A stretch of DNA of 64,000 nt from Gemmatimonadota bacterium. GTDB lineage: Bacteria > Gemmatimonadota > Gemmatimonadetes > Longimicrobiales > Gaopeijiaceae. Positions 31,464-41,423 of the stretch are shown piece after piece. The stretch covers positions 484-64,483 of the forward strand of contig JAAXGI010000155.1 of the NCBI GenBank assembly GCA_012267505.1, read 5' to 3'. How positions within the stretch are numbered: position 1 is the stretch's first letter; each line of letters starts with the position of its first letter. The notes under the pieces are model-generated. The model had not been told where the DNA came from. It saw nothing but the letters and a program-made list of their open reading frames with translations, and did no database searches. The translations under genes were made by a program, and so were the position numbers.

Positions 31464-32846
31464 GTGCCTGAATTCGTTCTCGATCTCGTATACGTCGGTT
31501 CCGCCGTCCTCTTTGTGTTCGGGCTGAAACAGCTCGGTTCCCCCGTCACAGCGCGGAGGGGCAACGCGCTGGCTTCGACCGCGATGCTCCTCGCGATCGT
31601 CGCAACCCTCTTCGACCGCCAGATCCTGACGTGGGAGCTCATCGCCGTGGGGCTCATATTGGGCTCGCTTGTCGGGGTCGTCCTCGCGCGGACCGTGAAG
31701 ATGACGGACATGCCCCAGCTGGTGGGGGTGTTCAACGGGCTCGGCGGAGGGGCATCGGGCCTTGTCGCTGCGGCAGAACTCCTGCGGGCGGGTGACGCGG
31801 CGGCTGTCGGAACGGCGGCGGCCATCACGGCCGCCGCAGGAATCCTGATCGGGTCGGTGACGCTCTCGGGAAGCTCCATCGCCTTCGGAAAGCTCCAGGG
31901 CTTCATCCCGGGCCGGCCCCTCACGTATCCGCTCCAGAGAACGCTCAACTTCCTGCTCTTCATCGGACTGCTCGGGGCGGCCGGCTATCTGGTGAGTTCG
32001 GGCGACTACCTCTTCGCCGTCGGCCTCCTCGCCTGCATGGCCCTCCTCCTCGGCGTGCTCCTCGTGCTCCCAATTGGGGGCGCGGACATGCCGGTCGTCA
32101 TCTCGCTTCTGAACTCCTACTCCGGGATCGCGGCGTCGGCCGCGGGTTTCGTGCTTGGAAACCCGCTTCTCGTCCTCGCGGGCGCGCTCGTAGGGGCGGC
32201 CGGTCTCATCCTGACCCGCCTAATGTGCAAGGCGATGAACCGCTCCCTCGCCAACGTCGCCTTCGGCGCGTTCGGGAGTGGTGACAGTGCCGGGGCCACA
32301 GGCGACGAGGGTGAGAAGACGGTGCGCCGGACGAGCCCCGAGGAGGCCGCCCTCCTCCTCGCCTACGCCTCGAGCGTGGTGATAGTGCCGGGCTACGGAC
32401 TCGCCGTCGCCCAAGCACAGCACGAGGCGAAGAAACTCGTCGACCTCCTCGAGCAGCGAGGCGTCGGCGTCAAGTTCGCGATCCACCCCGTGGCCGGCCG
32501 CATGCCCGGCCATATGAACGTCCTGCTCGCAGAGGCCGACATTCCCTACGACATCCTCGTGGATCTCGACGACATCAATCCCGAGTTCGGCCGCACGGAC
32601 GTGGTTGTCGTCCTCGGCGCAAACGATGTCGTCAATCCCCTCGCGCGCGACCCCTCGAGCATCATCGCCGGGATGCCGATCCTCGACGTGGACCGCGCGC
32701 AGAGCGTGATCGTGGTCAAGCGGAGCCTGAGTGCCGGCTTCGCCGGGATCGACAATCCGCTTTTCTACCTCGACAGGACCCTGATGCTCTTCGCCGACGC
32801 CGGCGACGCGCTTCAGGGCATCTCCCGCGAGGTGCGCGAGGCCTAG
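31464..32846 (+). CDS. pntB: NAD(P) transhydrogenase subunit beta
   Basis: GTG 31464. N-terminal polytopic part plus dIII domain (VIVPGYGLAVAQAQH...HPVAGRMPGHMNVLLAEA...VLGANDVVNP). Confidence 0.93.
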   Translation: MPEFVLDLVYVGSAVLFVFGLKQLGSPVTARRGNALASTAMLLAIVATLFDRQILTWELIAVGLILGSLVGVVLARTVKMTDMPQLVGVFNGLGGGASGLVAAAELLRAGDAAAVGTAAAITAAAGILIGSVTLSGSSIAFGKLQGFIPGRPLTYPLQRTLNFLLFIGLLGAAGYLVSSGDYLFAVGLLACMALLLGVLLVLPIGGADMPVVISLLNSYSGIAASAAGFVLGNPLLVLAGALVGAAGLILTRLMCKAMNRSLANVAFGAFGSGDSAGATGDEGEKTVRRTSPEEAALLLAYASSVVIVPGYGLAVAQAQHEAKKLVDLLEQRGVGVKFAIHPVAGRMPGHMNVLLAEADIPYDILVDLDDINPEFGRTDVVVVLGANDVVNPLARDPSSIIAGMPILDVDRAQSVIVVKRSLSAGFAGIDNPLFYLDRTLMLFADAGDALQGISREVREA

Positions 32847-34270
32847 GAGGAGGATGCCTCGCGGGCTGCCGCCTCCGCCGCCGACCGGAGGCAGCCCCAG
32901 ACGCGGCGGACGTCCTCTCGGGTCGTCCTCAGATTCCCGACGGCGAGCCTGAGCGCCACGCTTCCACCGATCCGGGTGTGGGAGAGGAGCGCCTCCCCCG
33001 AGCGGTGGATCCGCTCGAGTATCTCGAGATTCAGGCGATCGAGGGCGGATGCCGAGGTCCTTGGTGGCGCGCACCGGAACGCGACTGTGGAAAACGGAAC
33101 CGGCGCGAGCCGCTCCCACCGCGGCGCCTCGTCCACCCAGCCGGCGAATGCCTCGGCCACCCTGATGTGCTCCCGGAGCCGCGCCCGGAGGCCCGCCGCG
33201 CCGAAGTACCGGAGAACGAACCAGAGCTTAAGCGCTCGGAAGCGTCGTCCGAGGGGGATACCGTACTCCATCAGGTTCGTCCCTTCCCCCTCGGCGGTCT
33301 TCAGGTACTCGGAGGTGAGAGCCGAGGCCGCACGGACTTCTTGCGGGGAGCGCATGAGTAGGATTGAGCAATCGAGCGGGGTAAAGAGCCACTTGTGGGG
33401 GTTCACGACGATTGAATCCGCCCGCTCCCAGCCCCGGAAATACTCCCGCTTCTCGGGCAGGAGCGCGGCGGGCCCCGCATACGCGGCGTCGACGTGGAGC
33501 CAGAGCCCGTTCCGGGCGGCAACATCGGCGATCCGTTCCACCGGATCGACAGACGTCGTGGATGTCGTGCCGATCGTGGCGACGACCCCCAACGGAGTCC
33601 GCCCCTCGCGCGCGTCGGCCCGGACAGCGGTCTCAAGCGGCCCCGGCCGCATCCGGCGCTTCCGGTCCACCGGGATCTTCACGACCCCGCCCGACCCGAG
33701 GCCGAGGAGAATGGCAGCGCGATCCACGGAGAAGTGCGCCTCCTCTGAGGTATAGACCCGCATCGGCGGAAGCCCGGAGAGCCCCTCCTCCCGGACCTCC
33801 GGGTGGGCTCGCTGACGGGCACCCATGAGAGCCGTCATGGTCGAACTTGAGGCCGTGTCCAGGAGAACGCCGGCAAAATCGGGGGGGAGACCGAGAAGTG
33901 AGCGCATCCAGTCGAGCACGTGCTCTTCCAGCTCGGTGGCCGCAGGAGATGTCTTCCACACCATCGCATTCACATTGAGGGCGGCGGCGAGGAGTTCGCC
34001 CAAGATCCCGGGCGCCGACCCCGTGACGGCGAAGTAGCCGAGGAACCGGGGGTGGTTCCAGTGGGTGATCCCGGGGAGGATGACCCGCTCGAAGTCATCG
34101 AAGATCCGCCCGAAGCACTCGCCACGCTCCGGCACCGCGCCGGGAAGGCGGGAGCGGATCTCTCCCGGACGCACACCCGGGATCACCGGAAACTCCGCAA
34201 CCCCGTCCAGGTACGTCGCGACCCACTCGACCGCGGCCCGCGCCCACTTCCGGAACTCCTCGCTCGCCAT
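32843..34270 (-). CDS. Pyridoxal-dependent (group II, aromatic-L-amino-acid/DDC-type) decarboxylase
   Basis: MASEEFRKWARAAVEWVATYL...HWNHPRFLGYFAVTGSAPGILGELL...VNPHKWLFTPLDCS (PLP lysine motif). ATG 34270 fits the family N-terminus and has a GGAAG SD. The longest ORF starts at GTG 34327. Confidence 0.88.
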   Translation of the reverse strand: MASEEFRKWARAAVEWVATYLDGVAEFPVIPGVRPGEIRSRLPGAVPERGECFGRIFDDFERVILPGITHWNHPRFLGYFAVTGSAPGILGELLAAALNVNAMVWKTSPAATELEEHVLDWMRSLLGLPPDFAGVLLDTASSSTMTALMGARQRAHPEVREEGLSGLPPMRVYTSEEAHFSVDRAAILLGLGSGGVVKIPVDRKRRMRPGPLETAVRADAREGRTPLGVVATIGTTSTTSVDPVERIADVAARNGLWLHVDAAYAGPAALLPEKREYFRGWERADSIVVNPHKWLFTPLDCSILLMRSPQEVRAASALTSEYLKTAEGEGTNLMEYGIPLGRRFRALKLWFVLRYFGAAGLRARLREHIRVAEAFAGWVDEAPRWERLAPVPFSTVAFRCAPPRTSASALDRLNLEILERIHRSGEALLSHTRIGGSVALRLAVGNLRTTREDVRRVWGCLRSAAEAAAREASSS

Positions 34271-34331
34271 GTCGGCGCTTCCGAAGGGACGTTCCGGAAC
34301 CGGGGACCCGGGTGCTTGGGGATTCACGGGA

Positions 34332-34910
34332 CTACGGGGCCCAGCCGTCGGGGTGGCCCGCGCCGATCAGCAGCGACAGCTCGTCGTGGATTCCCTCGAC
34401 CTGCTCGCGCACCTCAGCCAAGATGTCCGGAGTCAGGCCCTCGGCCACGCCGGCAGCGTGAAGCTGGTTGAAGAAGAGGGTGTCGGTGTGACCGATGCTC
34501 GCGTACGTCACCACGAGATCGGCAAGTCGGTTCAATTGCAGGAGATCGCGGAGACCGACCTTCCGGACGCCGTTGTCTGCACCCTGGTCGTAAAGGAAGC
34601 GCAGCAGAACCCCGCCAAGGAGCTGCATCTCCTCGACCGGCTCCCCGGCCGCGAGACCGCGGTGTGCGCCGAGATTGCCGTAGAGAACCGCGGCCTGCTT
34701 GAGAACCCTCTCGACCTCACCGCGGAAGACGCCGACACCAGGCGCGAGTGCCAGGGTGAAGAGGTCGATGAAGTCGGCGAGCAGGTGGAGGAGTTCACCC
34801 TCGATACCCGCCGTTCGCGCGCGGATCTCGACGAGCCAGCGGTCGGCCACAGCCTCCCGCTGCTCCTCGAGCCACTCGCTGAACGCTCCCGTCGCCGGAG
34901 ATGGCGCCAC
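34332..34910 (-). CDS. Hypothetical helical protein, possibly an RsbR-N-like (non-haem globin type) sensor domain
   Basis: 192 aa from GTG 34910, with high GC3 and protein-like composition (FSEWLEEQREAVADRWLVEIRA...). It sits between the kinase and the decarboxylase on the same strand. The family call is from memory of RsbRD_N-like N-termini and is tentative. Confidence 0.7.
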   Translation of the reverse strand: MAPSPATGAFSEWLEEQREAVADRWLVEIRARTAGIEGELLHLLADFIDLFTLALAPGVGVFRGEVERVLKQAAVLYGNLGAHRGLAAGEPVEEMQLLGGVLLRFLYDQGADNGVRKVGLRDLLQLNRLADLVVTYASIGHTDTLFFNQLHAAGVAEGLTPDILAEVREQVEGIHDELSLLIGAGHPDGWAP

Positions 34911-35060
34911 CCCGCGCCTCCACTTTCGAGCGATTCACGGCGGCGGGCGGCGCCCGGTCGACCACGTTGCCGGCCCGCGGGACGGCGGCCTGACGGCGGA
35001 CCGGATGGTCCTCCCGGCCTGGCCACTCCTCGGCAAAGCTAGGCAGGGCGAACGGATTCG

Positions 35061-38000
35061 TCACCCCGGGTGCGCCGTGCCTCCGGGCGGCCGGTCGCTC
35101 TCCGCCGCTTCCGGGAGGTCCAGAGCTGGACCGGTCCACGCAGCCATCCGGATCCGGATCGTCACGCCCTGCCCCGGGGCACTCTCGGCATGGACGCTCC
35201 CTCCCCAGGATTCCACGAGGCGTCTTACGATCGCGAGCCCGAGACCGGCTCCGGTCGACCGCGTCGAGAAGTGGGGCTCGAAGATGCGTGGGAGGAGATC
35301 GTCCGGAATCCCGGTCCCGTTGTCGCTCACCCTGAGCTCGACATCCCCCTCCACTAGCTCGGCCTCGATCTGCACCTCGCCTCCGCGCGGGAGTGCGGCC
35401 CTCGAATTCTCGAGGAGGTTGACGAGCACCTCCTTGACCTCCGCTGCCCTCCCCTTCACCCTCGGGACCTCGCCGAGGCTCGCCCGCGCGAAACGCACCG
35501 GACCCCCTCCCGCGGCATACAGGTCGAGAACCTCCCGGACAACGTCGGGAAGGGCAACGGGTTCGAGCGGATCGGCGCCCGTCGGAGACGGTGCCGCATA
35601 GCGCGAGAAGGAACTCGCCACGGAGGCGAGTCTCTCGATCTCGTCGAGAATCGCCTCCACATTGCGCTCGAGGATCGCCCCGTAGTCCGCCGTTCCGTCT
35701 CCCCACGCCCGTCGGATATGCTGCACCCCAAGCTTGATCGGCGTAAGGGGATTCTTGACTTCGTGGGCCACCTGCTGGGCCATCTCGCCCCATGCAAGAA
35801 CCCGCTCCATCCGGAGCTCGTCGGTCACGTCCTCGAGTGTCACGACTGTCCCGCCCGGGGGTCCGCGCCGCACAATCCGCCTAGCGCGGACCCGGATCCT
35901 GCGTTCACCGAATGACAGCTCCGTTCCCGCCTCCGCGACCTCGTCGCGCAGGTATCCTTCGATCCACTCGGTGAATCCCGCTCCCGGGTCGCTCCCGTCC
36001 ACACCACGCGGAAGCGGCGCGTCACGGCGGAACTCCGCGCCGAGGAGCCGCTCGGCCGTCGGATTGGCGAGCGCCACCCGGCCCTTCGCGTCGAGTGCCA
36101 CGACACCGATCGCTACCTCCTCGACAATCGCACGGGTGCGAAGCGAGCTGCGCAGGAGCGCGCTGCGCGTCTTGGCGAGGCGGTCGACCATGCGGTTGAA
36201 GGCCTCGAAGACAGCCGCGAACTCGTCCAGCCGTTCGTCCGGGAGCTGCACTTCCATGTCCCCCGCCCCCACCCGCTCCGATGCGATGCTGAGCGTCCGG
36301 AGCGGGCGCGTCAGCGCACGGCCCGTGGCGAGCGCGAGGAGGACCGAGAGGACGCCCCCTACGACGAGGGAGAAGGCGATGAACTCAGCCACCTCCCGCT
36401 GGCCCAGCGCAGTGGCTCCGGCCTGGAGCGGCGCGGGCGCCGCGAGTACGCGGTCGCCCGGCATCCTGCGGTAGGCCGTCACGTATTCCCACTCGCCGAG
36501 GCTCGCCATAGTGGTGGCCGTCACTGCCTCCGCCGCCGCCAGGTTGTCGCGAACCTCCGGCGGGATCCACCCCGGGTAGAGACCGAGTGCGACGAGTTCC
36601 GACGGAGAGCCATCGACCAACTCCCCGAACTCGTAGAGGAGCAAATCAGGGCCGGGGCCGGGCGTGCCGAAGCCGAGGCTGTCCCCGTCGTCCAGGTAGC
36701 GCCGGCCCGCCTCATCGACCGCACGCTCAGCCAGGAGCTCCCCCGCCCGGACCGCGGCAGTCGTGAGCGCCCGGTAGGCTAGCGTTCCGAAGGCGAGCGA
36801 GGGGATCAAGAAGAAGGCGAACAGCGCGAAGGTGACGCGGCCGCGGAAGGAGCCGGGGGTAACGAGGGATGCCGCGAGCGGACCGAAGCGGTCTTCCCGG
36901 ATCCAACGCCCGAGCCCCCATACGACCCCGAAGAGGCCCGCGTTGAGCATCAGGAGGAGCCCTCCCCTCGCGATGAGGAGCGGCCAGCCGGGCGACAACA
37001 CGAGGTAGTGCGCGTGATAGACCCCGTCCGGATAGGCGATGAACGCCTGGCCCCGCCATCCGGCAGGCGTAAGGACCCAGGCGACGCCGCTAGTCTCACC
37101 AGGCACCTCACCGGGCAGCAGTGGGACGAGGGCGAGGGAGTCCGGTTCCACGCGGGCGGGAGAGAAGAGGGGGCCCAGCGGGGAGGCCCCCGACAGGACG
37201 CGGCGCGGCGGGATCACCACCGAGAGCAGCGCTCCACCGGGAAGGGGAGTGAGCGCCACATAGTGCGCCTCCGCCAGGTCGAAGCGGCGGAGTCTGGTCT
37301 CCCCATCGCCTCCCACCGCCTCGAAGAGCCCGGCCGGGATCCCGGGACGGGACTCGCTCACCCCGACCCGCAACTCCTCCTCCGGCAGGCCTTCCCCGGA
37401 CCAGTACGTGATCCAGAGCGGGAGGCCTTCGGCAGCAAGACCGCTCTCGCTCCAAGCCCGGTAGAGGATCTCGACCGGTTGCTCGCCGCTCGCGGCGAGT
37501 TCCGCAGCCCGCTCGCCGGCCCTCACGAGCAGGAACTCCACGAAGGGGTCGGACCGGGTACCGAGCCGTTCGATCCTCTCCTCGGCGGCCGCCATGCGGG
37601 CCTCCATCCGGAGTCCCCACGCCCAGGGGAGCACCAACACAACGGCGAGGAGGACGAGCCCCCCCCAGCGGGCGGCGCCCGCCGGGCCGTCGAGGGAGGA
37701 GATGCTCTTGGTGACGCCGAAGAGCGGAACGATCCAGATCCAAGGAGCCCAGCGCACCGAACCCGGGTTCTGCTCGAGCACGGCGACCCAGCCGAGGCAG
37801 AGCAGAAGGCTGAGCGTGAGCCAGCCGGCAAGCCGGAAGAACCGGTAGGAAACCGGACGGCCTGGCCGGCCGGCGAGGGCGGCGAGCGTGAAGGGGACGA
37901 GGACCATCGCGGTTGCGGCAGCCTGGAAGACGATCCACACAGCGCCGTCGGCGGCGGGGAGATCCGCGGACGATCCCCTCTCGAGAAGGAAGAGTCCTCC

Positions 38001-39170
38001 CGCCGCGACGACCACCGCAGCCGGGACGGCAAGGTAGGCCGACACCCGGGGCAGCCGCTCCCAGGGCAAGAGTGCGACCCCTAGGACACCGGCCACACCC
38101 AGTGCCAAGACCTCCCCGAGCGTGAGCGAGATGGGTCCCGGAAGGAGGAGTGCCGCGGGAGAGAAGACCTCTGGGGATCCTGTGAGCCGCGCGAGCGGGA
38201 GGAGGAGGACCGCAAGTGGGAGGGCAGACACCCCAAAGAGGGCGGTGCTTCCGTCGCCGCGCATCGAAATCAGTGCGAGAAGCCATCCCGCGGCTAGGAG
38301 GAGCGCGACGATGCGCCCCCAGGTCGTCCCGATGCGGTCTCTGGCATCGGCCTCCGACGGACCGCTCAGACGGACCGAGAAGAGGCTCTCTCCCTCCCAC
38401 TCGAGGTCCCAGACGCTCCCCTCAACCGCCCGGTCCGCGCTCGCCACCTCGATGTCGGCCCCGGTGCTTGCCCGGAAGCGGGACTCGAAATCCTCCTCAG
38501 CCCGCTCGAGTCCGGGCGGAAGGTCCGATCTGAGCAGTGAGGCGGCAACAGCCGCTCCGCCCCCTGGGAGGATCTCAGTGACGTAGAGATAGCCGAAGAT
38601 CGCCCCCTCTTCGTACACGTATCGGGAAGCGCCCCGGCGCGCCCGCTCAGGGACCGGCCCCTGGTGCGTGCCGTCCCACGCGAGCAGGGCACCCGACGGG
38701 CCGAAGACAGCCAGCGCATCGACAGCCGGCGGGCGGAGTTCGGCCGGGAACTCGCTCCCGGCGCCGGCCGCGGGATCCCAGCGCGCTGCCACCTCCAGCG
38801 TCGCTTGCTCGGCAGCCCGCAGGACCGCGTCAATCGAGACCGCGAGTTCCTCTTGGGCAGCCGACTCGTGGGTCTCGGAACGCTCCGGCCAGGTGCGCGA
38901 GAGTTGGTCCAGGTGGAACTCGGCGCCCAGCGCCACGGCCACAGCGGCCAGGATCGCGGTGGAAGCGAACGCCAGACTCCGCCCAGCGGCGCCGGAGAGC
39001 ATCGCGCCTGCCACCCCGAGTGCAGCGGCGGGCGCGATCCAGAGCGGGTTCGCCGAACCGGCCCAGACGGCAACCCCGACCGCGGCAGCCTGGGTGCACA
39101 GAGGACCCAGGCGAGCGCGCACGCGCGCTCGCGACAACAGCGAGGTGTCCGGAAGAGGCGGACGGTTCAT
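35061..39170 (-). CDS. Very large polytopic sensor histidine kinase (NtrY-like HAMP-PAS-HisKA-HATPase C-terminus)
   Basis: The C-terminal part has HAMP (LTRPLRTLSIASERVGAGDMEVQLP), PAS (IVEEVAIGVVALDAKGRVALANPTAERLLG), an H-box (HEVKNPLTPIKLGVQHIRRAW) and N/G boxes (LVNLLENS, DNGTGIP, GAGLGLAIV). The N-terminal ~830 aa alternates TM bundles with three soluble segments. ATG 39170 (MNRPPLPD) is preferred over the ORF-track start at 39296, which would overlap the divergent gene. Confidence 0.9.
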   Translation of the reverse strand: MNRPPLPDTSLLSRARVRARLGPLCTQAAAVGVAVWAGSANPLWIAPAAALGVAGAMLSGAAGRSLAFASTAILAAVAVALGAEFHLDQLSRTWPERSETHESAAQEELAVSIDAVLRAAEQATLEVAARWDPAAGAGSEFPAELRPPAVDALAVFGPSGALLAWDGTHQGPVPERARRGASRYVYEEGAIFGYLYVTEILPGGGAAVAASLLRSDLPPGLERAEEDFESRFRASTGADIEVASADRAVEGSVWDLEWEGESLFSVRLSGPSEADARDRIGTTWGRIVALLLAAGWLLALISMRGDGSTALFGVSALPLAVLLLPLARLTGSPEVFSPAALLLPGPISLTLGEVLALGVAGVLGVALLPWERLPRVSAYLAVPAAVVVAAGGLFLLERGSSADLPAADGAVWIVFQAAATAMVLVPFTLAALAGRPGRPVSYRFFRLAGWLTLSLLLCLGWVAVLEQNPGSVRWAPWIWIVPLFGVTKSISSLDGPAGAARWGGLVLLAVVLVLPWAWGLRMEARMAAAEERIERLGTRSDPFVEFLLVRAGERAAELAASGEQPVEILYRAWSESGLAAEGLPLWITYWSGEGLPEEELRVGVSESRPGIPAGLFEAVGGDGETRLRRFDLAEAHYVALTPLPGGALLSVVIPPRRVLSGASPLGPLFSPARVEPDSLALVPLLPGEVPGETSGVAWVLTPAGWRGQAFIAYPDGVYHAHYLVLSPGWPLLIARGGLLLMLNAGLFGVVWGLGRWIREDRFGPLAASLVTPGSFRGRVTFALFAFFLIPSLAFGTLAYRALTTAAVRAGELLAERAVDEAGRRYLDDGDSLGFGTPGPGPDLLLYEFGELVDGSPSELVALGLYPGWIPPEVRDNLAAAEAVTATTMASLGEWEYVTAYRRMPGDRVLAAPAPLQAGATALGQREVAEFIAFSLVVGGVLSVLLALATGRALTRPLRTLSIASERVGAGDMEVQLPDERLDEFAAVFEAFNRMVDRLAKTRSALLRSSLRTRAIVEEVAIGVVALDAKGRVALANPTAERLLGAEFRRDAPLPRGVDGSDPGAGFTEWIEGYLRDEVAEAGTELSFGERRIRVRARRIVRRGPPGGTVVTLEDVTDELRMERVLAWGEMAQQVAHEVKNPLTPIKLGVQHIRRAWGDGTADYGAILERNVEAILDEIERLASVASSFSRYAAPSPTGADPLEPVALPDVVREVLDLYAAGGGPVRFARASLGEVPRVKGRAAEVKEVLVNLLENSRAALPRGGEVQIEAELVEGDVELRVSDNGTGIPDDLLPRIFEPHFSTRSTGAGLGLAIVRRLVESWGGSVHAESAPGQGVTIRIRMAAWTGPALDLPEAAESDRPPGGTAHPG

Positions 39171-39278
39171 CCGTGCAAAGATGACCCGGAGGACCCGGGC
39201 GTGACAGGGGACCCGCAGCGTTCCGAGAGGGGTAGCGGCTCCAACCGCGCCCCGGGCGCCTGCCACACTGCGAGCAGG

Positions 39279-39995
39279 ATGGCCTTCTGTATGCACACTC
39301 CACCCCGCACCGTTCTCCTCCTACTCGCCCTCGTCCTCCGGCCGTTCCCGGGTTTCGCGCAGAGTACCGTCGTGGACCGCGGCACCTTTCTCGTCACGGT
39401 GGACGGCCGCCCAGCCGGCTCGGAAGCGTTCGTGATTCGCCGTGCCGGCACTGGAGCGGGGACGCAGGTGATCGCAACCGCGGAGATCTCGCTGCGCGGG
39501 GAGGGAGGACGATCGGAGCTGCGGCCGGCCCTTCAGATGGTCGGGGAGGACGCCCAGCTTGCAGCCTACCAGATGAAGGCGTCGGGGGCACAGGACGAGG
39601 AGGTCTTCGTAACGGCCGGTGAGGAGCGCTTCCTCGTCCGGCTTCGCACCTCGATGGGTGAGCGGGAAAGCGAGCTTCGCGCCGCACACGGGTCGCTCGT
39701 GCTCGACAACGGTGTGGCGCACCACCACTTCTTCCTCCCTGGAAGGTCGCTCTCGGAAGGGGACACGCTTCCCATCATCGTTCCGCGTGAAGGGAACCTG
39801 ACCGAGGTGCGGGTCATCGGATCGGAGAACGCCGAGCTTCAGATCGGTGGGCAGATGCTCCCGAGCCGCAGGATTGCGCTCGCGATCGGGGGGGCGACAC
39901 GGGAAGTATGGCTCGACGCCGCGGGACGGGTCCTGCGGGTCACAGACACGGCAGCAGGCTACACGGCGCTCCGGACCGCGCCACCCGATCCGTAG
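39279..39995 (+). CDS. Hypothetical secreted protein
   Basis: This is the 3' part of track ORF 38664..39995. MAFCMHTPPRTVLLLLALVLRPFPGFAQS is a signal peptide (alternative ATG 39291), followed by a beta-rich sequence. It is divergent from the kinase. Confidence 0.75.
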   Translation: MAFCMHTPPRTVLLLLALVLRPFPGFAQSTVVDRGTFLVTVDGRPAGSEAFVIRRAGTGAGTQVIATAEISLRGEGGRSELRPALQMVGEDAQLAAYQMKASGAQDEEVFVTAGEERFLVRLRTSMGERESELRAAHGSLVLDNGVAHHHFFLPGRSLSEGDTLPIIVPREGNLTEVRVIGSENAELQIGGQMLPSRRIALAIGGATREVWLDAAGRVLRVTDTAAGYTALRTAPPDP

Positions 39996-40197
39996 GACCG
40001 CCCCGATCCGGGCCGGCCGGCCCACCGATGGAGCGATCCGCGAAACAATCCCGCGCGGTGCCGAGTACTGCCCTGCCATCTGGACCACGCCTTCCGTCGC
40101 GCGAAGCGGATCGGCTGGTCCGCCGGCTGACGCCGCCGTGCGCCCCGCCCCGGTCCTCCGGGACGAGCCGCAGGAACCACCCTGCTTCGGAACCACG

Positions 40198-40923
40198 ATG
40201 ACGGATTCCCTCGATCTGCTGGCTATCTTCGCCCACCCCGACGACGCGGAGCTCCTCGTCGGCGGGAGCCTGATCCGGAGCGTGGACCGGGGAGAGCGCG
40301 TCGGTATCCTAGATCTCACCCGCGGTGAGAGGGGCACGAGGGGAAGCGCGGAGATCCGCGACGAGGAGGCAAGAGAGGCAAGCGAGATCATGGGAATTGC
40401 GGTCCGCCACAACGCGGGGTTCCCGGACGCCGGGCTCGAGTCAACGAACGAGAACCGCGTTGTGCTCGCCGGGCTGATCCGGGAGCTCCGTCCCCGGGTG
40501 ATCGTGACCCACTGGCGCGAGGGACGGCATCCCGACCACCACGTAGCCGCCCAACTGGTCCGGGACGCCTCGTACCTCGCCGGGCTGAAGAATCTAGACG
40601 CGCCGGGGGAGGCGTTCCGGCCGATGAAGGTGGTACACGCGACCGCCTATCGGGAGGACGCCCCGGACCCCTCCTTCATCGTGGACATCAGCGAGCAGAT
40701 CGACCGCAAGATCGAGGCGATCGCCTGCTACACGAGCCAGTTCAGGGGGGCCCGGGGGAGCGGCGAACTCTATCCCGGGGGCGAGCGTCCGCTGACCGTT
40801 CAGGTCCGCATGCACGCCGCGTACTGGGGATCGAGGATCAGGACGGCCTACGCCGAACCATTCTGGACCCGCGAGGCGCTTGAAGTGGATACGCTGGGCG
40901 AACTCGGCGTCTCCACCTTCTGA
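40198..40923 (+). CDS. bshB1: PIG-L/LmbE family deacetylase, bacillithiol biosynthesis BshB1-like
   Basis: From ATG 40198: LDLLAIFAHPDDAELLVGGSLIR...GILDLTRGERGTRGSAEIRDEEAREA...THWREGRHPDH. Confidence 0.75.
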   Translation: MTDSLDLLAIFAHPDDAELLVGGSLIRSVDRGERVGILDLTRGERGTRGSAEIRDEEAREASEIMGIAVRHNAGFPDAGLESTNENRVVLAGLIRELRPRVIVTHWREGRHPDHHVAAQLVRDASYLAGLKNLDAPGEAFRPMKVVHATAYREDAPDPSFIVDISEQIDRKIEAIACYTSQFRGARGSGELYPGGERPLTVQVRMHAAYWGSRIRTAYAEPFWTREALEVDTLGELGVSTF

Positions 40924-40950
40924 ACGAACCAGGTGCCGCCCGGTGGGCAG

Positions 40951-41292
40951 CTAGGCCGGGCAGCGCACCTCGAGGAGGAGGCGGCGCCAGCTTGGCGTAT
41001 CCTCGCCCCGAACCCGGAGGGCAGTTGCACGGGCCGCGCCGCCCTTGAGCATCCACGGCGCGAGCCACTCGCCGATCTCCGGGGGGAGGTGCCCGATCGG
41101 GTCTCCTGAGGGGAGATGGACCCAGACTTCGGGACTCTCTTCGCTCGGCGGGTCGGCCATCAGCCGCAAGGCGTCGCCGTCCCGTATCTGGTCGAGGTGG
41201 CGGTCGCGGTCGGCGAAGACCGTTCCGTGGACGGTCGCGCGGAAGCTTCGCGGGCGACCGTCCGGAAACGGCGGGGTTCGGACTGGGGTCAT
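40951..41292 (-). CDS. Stand-alone HIRAN domain protein (113 aa)
   Basis: From ATG 41292: FRATVHGTVFADRDRHLDQIRDGDALRLMADPPSEESPEVWVHLPSGDPIGHLPPEIGEWLAPWMLKGG. This matches the HIRAN pattern (V-G-x-x-F/Y, GDxLxL, V-V, G-x-x-IG-x-LP). Confidence 0.65.
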   Translation of the reverse strand: MTPVRTPPFPDGRPRSFRATVHGTVFADRDRHLDQIRDGDALRLMADPPSEESPEVWVHLPSGDPIGHLPPEIGEWLAPWMLKGGAARATALRVRGEDTPSWRRLLLEVRCPA

Positions 41293-41423
41293 ATTGCTCG
41301 TCTGCCTGTGGGGCCCCGGGGCCACGCAGCAGATCCGCTGCGCGGTCATTGCTAACTTAGGGTCCGGGCCGCTGCTTTGAAAACCGCCCGCAACGGGCAC
41401 TGCCAGGGAGACCCGGGACGGAG

